This document shows positions 57,401 through 64,000 of a DNA stretch of 64,000 nt, in pieces (position 1 is the stretch's first letter; every line of letters starts with the position of its first letter). The notes beneath the pieces were generated by a model. That model did no database searches. It worked only from the letters and a program-made list of their open reading frames with translations, and was not told the DNA's origin. The position numbers and the translations under genes are program-made. Where the stretch lies: positions 96,001 through 160,000 of the forward strand of contig JAFATB010000025.1 of the NCBI GenBank assembly GCA_019244185.1. The letters are read 5' to 3'. Origin of the DNA: Acidobacteriota bacterium. GTDB taxonomy: Bacteria; Acidobacteriota; Thermoanaerobaculia; Gp7-AA8.

Positions 57401-58830
57401 CGATGGTCATCCCCGCCACCGCCCACGCCGACGGCATCGGTACGCGCTTCCAGTCCGACCTGCGCATCGTCAACGCGCACGATGAGACGGTGACGTACGA
57501 GCTGAACTTCACCCCGTCCGGCAACGACGGCACGCAGACCGGCAAGTCGACGACGCTCGACATCGGCCCGAACGACTCGATCTCGCTCGACGACGCCGTG
57601 CGCGCGTGGTACGGCGCGGGCGTGGCCGGCGAGCCGGGACTCGGCACCATCGAGATCCGCCCCATCGCCACCATCAGCGGCGGCGCGCCGAACCCGCTGC
57701 TCACGTACGCATCGAGCCGCACCTACAGCGTCACGCCGCAGGGCACGCTCGGCCAGTACATTCCGGCCATTCCGCTGACCGCGTTCATCCCCAACTTCAG
57801 CAACGGCATCGTGCCGCAGCTGAGCCTCCAGCAGGTCGCGCAGAGCGCCACGTATCGCACGAACCTCGGCTTCGTCGAAGGCGCCGGCGCGCCCGCGGAG
57901 CTCGTCGCACGCGCGCTCGACGCGAACAACCACGTGCTCGCCGAGACGCCGCTGCACCTCGACCCGTACCAGCACATGCCGACCTCGTTCAGCAACGTCT
58001 TCCCCGGCCTGTCGCTCGACGACGGCCGCGTCGAAGTCGAAGTGACGTCGTCGACCGGCAAGGTCACCGCGTACGCGTCGGTGCTCGACAACCAGACCAA
58101 CGATCCGCTGCTCGTCTTCCCCGTGCAGACCGGCGCCGTCTCGCAGTCGCGTTACGTCGTGCCGGGCGTGGCCGAGCTCAACGCGGGCTCGAACTTCCAC
58201 ACCGACATGCGCATCTACAACTCCGCGTCGACGCCGGTGTCGATCACGCTCAACTATCACCCGCAGGCCGGCGACAGCACGCCGCCGCCCGCGCCCGTGC
58301 AGCTCGACCTCAATCCGCACGAGATCCGCGCCATCGACAGCGTCCTGCCGACGCTGTGGCAGCTCAACGCCACCGGCGGCTCGGTCACGCTCGACGCGCC
58401 GAACGACACGCCGCTCGTCGTCACCGCGCGCACGTTCAGCCGCGACGCGCAGGGCGGCACGTACGGCCAGTTCATCCCCGGCGTCACCGCGCTCGACGCG
58501 GTCGGCAACGGCGAGCGCTCACTCGAGATCCTGCAGCTCGAGGAGTCGCCGAGCTACCGCGCGAACCTCGGCCTCGTGGAAGTCACCGGCGCGCCCGTCG
58601 ACATCGAGATCCTCGGCTACACCGGCACGAAGCTCACCTCCGCGACGCAGGCGCATCTCGACGGCAACGAGTTCATTCAGTTCGGCCACATCATGTCGCA
58701 GCTCGGCTTCGACAACGTGTATGGCGGCCGCGTCACCGTGCGCGTCCTCGGCGGCTCCGGCCGCATCGCCGCGTACGGCTCCGTCGTCGACAACCGCACG
58801 CTCGATCCGACCTACGTTCCCGCCCAATGA
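54415..58830 (+). CDS. Secreted metzincin (M10/matrixin-like) zinc protease with prodomain, 4 Ig-like domains, Fn3-like, BACON-like and duplicated C-terminal module
   Basis: GAGGAG RBS, signal peptide, HELGHSVGFTH zinc motif plus Met-turn NLMS; four (Y/F)xWYxG..YW(V/A)xV..C repeats. Confidence 0.9.
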   Translation: MRRLSVVLIVLLLAVSALHAATMRVPADAELLGRADLVVVATVDHVATRELPDHMIVTDHRLHVVDVVKGAAPMTIVVTEEGGMANGHGVAIPGSASYAKGTRVLAFLRDRGDGTYYTANMALGVFRFAGDRLTRETEGIESADGTDVPQGALPAREFVDYVRALADGQPATRPNVIAEKAFTPETNAALSTYVLKASDNTPLRWNCTPPAQCNVCTEPVNPSHTPSMCGFRISGTQTPTSSLNQIEALNDAMSAWNNDANSYINLTPNGTESKTGRTNDDVNDIVFDWDGSNPHPSCDAAIGCGIVYFNGSSNEHTFRGTTFYNITSSDVLVKHSASLGQNLFEAILAHELGHSVGFTHAPTSGNLMSSSLPSSAMAKLGSWDKEAAAEIYGNGLPCTPVSVQSTSGGGTVTNGTPAHLSVTVNSDSSAPITYQWYEGTSGNTSTPVGTNSASYTTSPITTTRNFWVRVTNSCGTADSATITVNPSVCTGPVINGTTGGGSVTFNTSAHLAVQVDASSTSPLSYQWYEGPTGNTSNPVGTNSSYTTPPITSSHTYWVKVSNACGSANSASIEVHPGACDAPSITTQPASQHVAAGGTATLHVAATGTGTLTFTWYTGPVGNTSTPVGNGPDFTTPALNSTATYWARVSSNCGSADSALATITVGTQCVPVTITSQPGSVQTTVGETVQLHVVASGDPTITYQWYAGDTGDTSHPVQSATPPGPPVPAGTLIIGPIPTAGTTKYWVRVSNGCATVDSVTVAVTALCPELTKPKIHTAPTVPYNVSYFVGWTGDLVKSPTFELQESRTEDFSGPVTTMVVNALQKQLSHGEVTTDTRFYYRVRAINGCTQQPSDYSNTTSTAVTQPQSPNSTEFHISVPATTSQSLTQNYIVPGFGTHATAGDTFSITTDVPWLSFSPAAGPLPSTGANVVISADTSALAIGTTTGTVHVTRTQPSGATAHGAVTNATSVSSTVPFSMSLVTPITPQPRDTNPPAGTMVIPATAHADGIGTRFQSDLRIVNAHDETVTYELNFTPSGNDGTQTGKSTTLDIGPNDSISLDDAVRAWYGAGVAGEPGLGTIEIRPIATISGGAPNPLLTYASSRTYSVTPQGTLGQYIPAIPLTAFIPNFSNGIVPQLSLQQVAQSATYRTNLGFVEGAGAPAELVARALDANNHVLAETPLHLDPYQHMPTSFSNVFPGLSLDDGRVEVEVTSSTGKVTAYASVLDNQTNDPLLVFPVQTGAVSQSRYVVPGVAELNAGSNFHTDMRIYNSASTPVSITLNYHPQAGDSTPPPAPVQLDLNPHEIRAIDSVLPTLWQLNATGGSVTLDAPNDTPLVVTARTFSRDAQGGTYGQFIPGVTALDAVGNGERSLEILQLEESPSYRANLGLVEVTGAPVDIEILGYTGTKLTSATQAHLDGNEFIQFGHIMSQLGFDNVYGGRVTVRVLGGSGRIAAYGSVVDNRTLDPTYVPAQ

Positions 58831-58868
58831 CCGCGTGAATCCGGCGCGTTTGTGCTGCACAATGGTGC

Positions 58869-60908
58869 ATGCACAAACGCGCCGCGGTTCTCGCGCTGAC
58901 GTTCTTCGCGCTGCCGCTGTTCGGGCAGCGCGTTTTGTTTGAGATCGGTTCCCGCGATCTGCAGCCCGCCCGCGGCACGCACGTCACCGCCGCGCGCGCA
59001 TCGCAGGGCGCACTCGTGCTCTGGTCCGCCGACGACGGCTTGCGCGCGCGGCGACTCGATGACGCCGGCGCCGCGCTCGACGACGCACCGCTCGCACTCG
59101 ACGACGCGTACGGCATCGTGGGCTCGGACGGCCGCGACTACTACGTCGTCTCCACGCCGGCATTCAGCAACGCGATGCACCTCACGCGCATCGATGCGAT
59201 CACCGGCGCGGCCACGCACATCGACGCCGCGCTGCCCGCCGGAACGCCGGCCGCACTCGTCTGGAACGGCAGCGCGTTTCTCTTCGCTTATGCCGATTAC
59301 GACGGCACCTATGCGGTGCTCGTCGACGCGCTCGGCCACGTCACGAGCGGCGTGCGGCAACTCGGCTACGGCGTGCCGCAAGTCGTGACGAACCACGGCC
59401 ACTGGCTCCTCGCATTCAACGAAACCATCCATCAGGAACCCGTGCCGCTCGCGGGCGCCGCTCACAAAAGCGCCGCCTCACAACGCGACGGAAAACTGAC
59501 GCTGCTCCATCCGGACGACTTTCCGCCCGTCGGCACCTCCGCCGCGCCGCACTGGCGGAGCTACGGCGATGGGGCCGAGGTGCGCGCCGCGGTGGACGAG
59601 GACGGCTACGCCGCGGCGTACGCGCGCGACGGCGCGATCGTCGTCGAGCACCTCGACGCGGACGCGGAGCCGCGCGGCCCGAACGAAACGATCGCAGACG
59701 CCGCGAAACCGGTCGCGCTGGCGCAACTCGCCTCCGCGTTCCTCGTGCTGACGGACGCCGGCGACGCGCTCGCCTTCCCGCGCACGGGAGCGCCGTTCCG
59801 CGTCGCGACGCCGGCGTGGCTCGGCGGCACGGACGCGCTGCTGCTCGCGTTGGAGAACGGCGTCCTCGCCGCCGCGAGCGACGGCGATCGCGTCGCGCAC
59901 GTGGCCACGCGCGACCCGCTCGGCTGGCAGCACGAGCAGATCCTCTCCCGCGCCCGTGCGACGCACTCCGCGCCGCGGCTCATCGCCGCCGCCGGCAGCG
60001 TCGTCGCGGTGTGGTCGGAAACGAACGCCGTCGAGACCTCTCTCTGGATCGCGCCGCTCGGCGCCGACGGCGATCCGCTGACGCACGGCACGCGACTCGC
60101 GGCCGCGCGCTTTCTCGGCGCGCCCGCCGTCACGTTCGACGGCGAGAACCTCTTCGTCGTCTGGACGCACAACGACCCGACTTCCTACATCGCCACCGCG
60201 TACGGCCTTCACGTGTCGTCCGCCGGCGTGCCGCTCGACGCGCCGCTCGTCCTCGCGAGCGACCTGCGCGCGTTCACGCCCGCCGCGGTGACCTGGAACG
60301 GCCGCGAATACGTGGTCGCGTTCGACGAGCCGGTCTATCGCTTCGCGCGCGACGGCCGCAGGAACTCGGTCGAGCATCTCACGCGTTTCGCCAGCGTCGC
60401 GCTCGCGTCGCGCAACGGCCGCACGCTCGGCGTCGGCTCGCGCGAGCAGGCGTGGGAAGGCGCCAGCCCGTTCTTCGTCGTCTCGTTCGCCGACCACCAG
60501 GGCTGCTGCTTCGAAAGCGAATACGTCGCGAGCGACACATTCGGCTTCGCGACCGTCGCCGCATCGCCGAACCTCACCGTCTCCGTGCTCCCCGACACGA
60601 CCGGCGCAAACTGGATCGCCCGCGACTTCGACACGCACCGCGAGCTCGCCCGCGTCCCCGCCGCCCTCCACCCGCCACACCTCGCGGCGACCGCATCGAA
60701 TGCGTTCCTCGTCGCCGGCGCCGGCACGCTCACGCGCTTCACCGACATGGGAGTGCAACGCGTCATCCCCATCCCGGATGCGAACGGCGAGATCGCCGTC
60801 GCCGAAGCGCCCGACGGCGCCGCGCTCGTGTTGTATGACGGTGGATCGGGAATGGTGGTGGAGCGCATCGAGACACGGACGCCGCGGCGGCCCAGCGTGC
60901 GGCACTGA
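58869..60908 (+). CDS. Secreted hypothetical beta-rich protein with C-terminal RRPSVRH
   Basis: Signal peptide; repeated WNG/FDG..(Y/F)xVxW blade-like motifs. Confidence 0.8.
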   Translation: MHKRAAVLALTFFALPLFGQRVLFEIGSRDLQPARGTHVTAARASQGALVLWSADDGLRARRLDDAGAALDDAPLALDDAYGIVGSDGRDYYVVSTPAFSNAMHLTRIDAITGAATHIDAALPAGTPAALVWNGSAFLFAYADYDGTYAVLVDALGHVTSGVRQLGYGVPQVVTNHGHWLLAFNETIHQEPVPLAGAAHKSAASQRDGKLTLLHPDDFPPVGTSAAPHWRSYGDGAEVRAAVDEDGYAAAYARDGAIVVEHLDADAEPRGPNETIADAAKPVALAQLASAFLVLTDAGDALAFPRTGAPFRVATPAWLGGTDALLLALENGVLAAASDGDRVAHVATRDPLGWQHEQILSRARATHSAPRLIAAAGSVVAVWSETNAVETSLWIAPLGADGDPLTHGTRLAAARFLGAPAVTFDGENLFVVWTHNDPTSYIATAYGLHVSSAGVPLDAPLVLASDLRAFTPAAVTWNGREYVVAFDEPVYRFARDGRRNSVEHLTRFASVALASRNGRTLGVGSREQAWEGASPFFVVSFADHQGCCFESEYVASDTFGFATVAASPNLTVSVLPDTTGANWIARDFDTHRELARVPAALHPPHLAATASNAFLVAGAGTLTRFTDMGVQRVIPIPDANGEIAVAEAPDGAALVLYDGGSGMVVERIETRTPRRPSVRH

Positions 60909-60947
60909 GGGGGAGCGCGTTACGCGCGGGGCACGGGCGACGCGCGT

Positions 60948-61652
60948 TCAAGCTGTCGCCGCCCCCGTCCCTTTCCCCGCCGCCGCCCGATCCACGAGCC
61001 ACCACGTCTCGAGCTCGTCGCCCGCCGTCGCGAGCGCGACGGGATGCGGTGCACCCTCGCGCACCTCGCGAACGATCTTCGCCTTCGATGCACCCGCGGC
61101 GAGCACGAGGCGCAGCTTCGCGGCGCGCAGCACCGGCTTCGTGAGCGTCACGCGCCACTGCGTGAGCTTCTCGACGTACACCTCACTGGCGATGCGGTCC
61201 TCCACGTCGAGCACCGGCGTGCCCGGAAACAGCGACGCCGTATGGCCGTCGTCGCCGCAGCCGAGGAGCACGACGTCGAGCGTGTCCAGTCCGAGCTCCC
61301 GCCATTCGCGCTCGAACTCACGCGCGGTCGCGGCGGGATCGCCGAGCTCCGTGCGGAAGCGCAGAAAGCGGTGCGACGGCGGCAGGCCGCGCGCGAAGAG
61401 CGTCCGCTCGATCATCGCCGCGTTCGACTGCGGGTCGCTCATCGGCACGTAGCGCTCGTCCACGACCACCCACGTGATCGCGTGTTGCGCCAATTCGTCA
61501 GCATGTTGACTACTAAGGAAATCGTAGAGCGGACGCGGGGTCGAGCCGCCGGAGAGCGCGATCGAGCGCGCTCCCGACTCCACGCGCTGCAGGATCGTCC
61601 GCGCCGCGGCGCGCGTCAGCTCCTCCGCCGAGTCGAAGACGCGCAGATTCAT
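60948..61652 (-). CDS. pgl: 6-phosphogluconolactonase
   Basis: ALSGGSTP, DERYVP..SN, LLGCGDDGHTASLFP, RVTLT. Confidence 0.96.
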   Translation of the reverse strand: MNLRVFDSAEELTRAAARTILQRVESGARSIALSGGSTPRPLYDFLSSQHADELAQHAITWVVVDERYVPMSDPQSNAAMIERTLFARGLPPSHRFLRFRTELGDPAATAREFEREWRELGLDTLDVVLLGCGDDGHTASLFPGTPVLDVEDRIASEVYVEKLTQWRVTLTKPVLRAAKLRLVLAAGASKAKIVREVREGAPHPVALATAGDELETWWLVDRAAAGKGTGAATA

Positions 61653-62674
61653 GCGGCGTGGCTGGCGGCGACGCGGGCGGCCACGTCGCGCGCGATGCGC
61701 AGCGCCTCGAGGTACACGCGGTCGCTCTCCGGCTGCTTGAGCAGGCGCACGATGAGATCGGACAGCCCGCGTCCGCGTTTGCGCGTGATGCAGTCGAGCT
61801 CCGTCTCCGCGTGCGCGGCGCTGCACTTCACGACGCCGCGTCCGCGGTCGCCGCGGATGAGTGCCGTGGTGTTGTCGCGGAAGCGGATGTCCACCGCGCT
61901 GATCCCTTCTTCCTCACTCTGCGTCGCCAGCTCGAACGGGATCTCGTAGCCGAGCTGCGCCATGAGCCACGAGACGTACAGCACCGCCTCCGAGGTCGCG
62001 CCGAGCGTGCCGCCCGCGGTCGTCACGCGCACGTGTGCGATCGACTGCAGCCGCGCGCGCATGGCCGGCGGATCGAACACCGCGGCGCTCGCCGCGCGCC
62101 ACTCCTCGACGCGCGCCCAGTTCACATCGGCCGGCGCGGTCGTGGTCTGCTCCGCGATGCGCGCCACCAGCGCGAAATCCGCCGCGCTGTCGAACTGCGA
62201 CGAGTCGACGATCAGCCGGTCCGCCGGCTCGAGCAGCGACTCGACGTACGCGTGGTCGTTCGGCAGATCGCCGAGCCACCACACCGCCACCGGCATGTCC
62301 GGCAGCAGCAGCGCGTTGACCAGCGGCGCGACGTGATCGACGCGCTCGCCGCCGGCGACGATCGACACCTCTTCCGAGCACACCTGCCGCGAGTCGCCGA
62401 GAAGGTGGCAGTTCGCGGAGATCCAGGCCTGCATGTCGTGCGGCGCGTTCGGATCGGCGCGGACGACGATCGTCCGCTGCGGCACGGACGCGCTCGCGCT
62501 CGCCAGCACTTCCGTCGCGTGCGCGTGCTGTTTCGAGTTCCACGTGTGCGCGACGACGTTCCACAGCGCCGCGCGCGTCACCGCGTCGTCGTGCGCCTGC
62601 TTCTCATTCCGCCAGAGCTCCGCGAGCTGCTTCTCGATGCTGCCCGCGTGCACGCGAACGTCTGCGTCGATCAT
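61649..62674 (-). CDS. opcA: Glucose-6-phosphate dehydrogenase assembly protein OpcA
   Basis: LLLPDMPVAVWW, DRLIVDS, DVNWAR; lies between zwf and pgl. Confidence 0.92.
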   Translation of the reverse strand: MIDADVRVHAGSIEKQLAELWRNEKQAHDDAVTRAALWNVVAHTWNSKQHAHATEVLASASASVPQRTIVVRADPNAPHDMQAWISANCHLLGDSRQVCSEEVSIVAGGERVDHVAPLVNALLLPDMPVAVWWLGDLPNDHAYVESLLEPADRLIVDSSQFDSAADFALVARIAEQTTTAPADVNWARVEEWRAASAAVFDPPAMRARLQSIAHVRVTTAGGTLGATSEAVLYVSWLMAQLGYEIPFELATQSEEEGISAVDIRFRDNTTALIRGDRGRGVVKCSAAHAETELDCITRKRGRGLSDLIVRLLKQPESDRVYLEALRIARDVAARVAASHAA

Positions 62675-62684
62675 CGGATGCTCC

Positions 62685-64000
62685 TCACGGCCTTCGCCAC
62701 TTCCGCCCGTCCTTCTCGATGAGCACGTTCGCCTCCTCCGGCCCCCACGTGCCCGCCTCGTAGAACGGCGGCGGCGCCGGGTCGTTCGCCCAACGATGCA
62801 GCAACGGGTCCAGCCACGACCACGCCGTCTCGATCTCGTCGCGCCGCGCGAACAGCGTCGCGTCGCCGAGCATCGTTTCGAGCAGCAGCCTTTCGTACGC
62901 CTCGGGCGGCTCCGCGCCGAACGACGTCGCGTAGCGGAACTCCATCGTCACCGGCGCGGTGCGCACGGTCGGCCCCGGCAGCTTCGAGTCGAAGCGCAGC
63001 GAGATCCCCTCGTCCGGCTGGATGCGGATGGCCAGCACGTTCGGCTGCATGCGCAGGCCGAGGCGGCTGAAGAGCGGATGCGGCGCGGGGCGGAAATGGA
63101 TGGAGATGTCCGTGACGCGCTTCGGCAGCCGCTTGCCCGCGCGGACGTAGAACGGCACGCCGGCCCAGCGCCAGTTGTCGAGGAACACCTTGATCGCGGC
63201 GTACGTCTCGACGCGCGAATTCGGATCGACGTTCGCTTCCTCGCGATACGCCGCCGCGCGCTCGCCCATCACCGAGCCTTCCGCGTACTGGCCGCGCACC
63301 GCTTCCTCGATCGGCCGCAGCGCGCGCAGCACCTTCACCTTCTCGTCGCGCACCGCGTTCGCCTCGAAAGCGACCGGCGGCTCCATGGCCACGAGCGACA
63401 CCAACTGCAGCATGTGGTTCTGGATGATGTCGCGGGCGATGCCAGCCGTCTCGAAGTAGTTGCCGCGCTTCTCGACGCCGATCGATTCGGCGACGGTGAA
63501 CTGCACGTGGTCAATGTATTGACGATTCCAGAACGGCTCGAAGATGCCGTTGGCGAAGCGGAGCACGAGCAGGTTCTGCACGGTCTCCTTGCCGAGGTAG
63601 TGGTCGATGCGGAAGACCTGCCGCTCGCGGAACGTCGAGACCGCGACCTGATTGAGCTCACGCGCGCTGGCGAGATCGTGGCCGAACGGCTTCTCGATGA
63701 TGACGCGCGTGTACGGTCCGCCTTTCTCGGGATCGCAGACCATGTTCTCTTTGCCGAGGAGCTCCGCGATTTTCTCGAAGAACTGCGGCGGCACCGCGAG
63801 GTAGTAGATGCGGCGGCCGGCGGTGCCGCGCGTGCGGTCGAACTCTTCGAGGCGAGCCTTGAGTCGCGTGTACGCCGCGGGATCGGTGAACTCGCCCGAC
63901 ACGTAAAACAGACCGCGCGCGAAACTCTCCCAGATCGCATCGTCGACGGGACGCGTGCGCGCGTGCTCGTCGCATGCGGCGCGCATGCTCGCGCGGAACT
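62685..64000 (-). CDS. zwf: Glucose-6-phosphate 1-dehydrogenase (5' end beyond the window)
   Basis: EKPFGHD, RIDHYLGKETVQN, DIIQNH, RWAGVPFYVRAGK, EAYERL. Confidence 0.97.
   Translation of the reverse strand, partial: FRASMRAACDEHARTRPVDDAIWESFARGLFYVSGEFTDPAAYTRLKARLEEFDRTRGTAGRRIYYLAVPPQFFEKIAELLGKENMVCDPEKGGPYTRVIIEKPFGHDLASARELNQVAVSTFRERQVFRIDHYLGKETVQNLLVLRFANGIFEPFWNRQYIDHVQFTVAESIGVEKRGNYFETAGIARDIIQNHMLQLVSLVAMEPPVAFEANAVRDEKVKVLRALRPIEEAVRGQYAEGSVMGERAAAYREEANVDPNSRVETYAAIKVFLDNWRWAGVPFYVRAGKRLPKRVTDISIHFRPAPHPLFSRLGLRMQPNVLAIRIQPDEGISLRFDSKLPGPTVRTAPVTMEFRYATSFGAEPPEAYERLLLETMLGDATLFARRDEIETAWSWLDPLLHRWANDPAPPPFYEAGTWGPEEANVLIEKDGRKWRRP

Noticed and set aside
1-64000. tRNA, rRNA, riboswitch, prophage or defence genes
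   Set aside because: None recognisable by eye; intergenic gaps are short. An Infernal/Rfam scan would be needed to exclude small RNAs

Overview
High-GC bacterial chromosomal window with about 48 CDS and no rRNA, tRNA, CRISPR array, integrase or transposase that I can see. Gene content (ADOP-type duplicated MacB permease, two BlaI/M56 modules, der, zwf-opcA-pgl) suggests an Acidobacteriota, possibly Thermoanaerobaculia-like, genome; this is inference. Housekeeping and metabolic genes (acyl-CoA dehydrogenase, MocR regulator, permuted aconitase-family enzyme, der, GT2/methyltransferase, mannose-1-P guanylyltransferase, pgl/opcA/zwf) are interleaved with envelope and secretion genes. Most notable: (1) a 4617-aa giant secreted protein and a 1471-aa secreted metzincin share a C-terminal chassis ending in a duplicated ~235-aa unit and DPTYVPAQ, a candidate surface-display or anchoring module; (2) two unrelated secreted proteins end in RRxSVRH, a candidate sorting motif; (3) a BlaI + BlaR1-like M56 sensor + secreted protein operon in which sensor and effector share a ~29-aa repeat; (4) long palindromic elements flank the aconitase-family gene and encode its C-terminus; (5) an internally deleted DUF4160-type toxin gene sits beside an intact DUF2442 partner; (6) many promoters look leaderless, and two sigma54 promoters are visible. 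All family calls come from motif recognition, not database searches.
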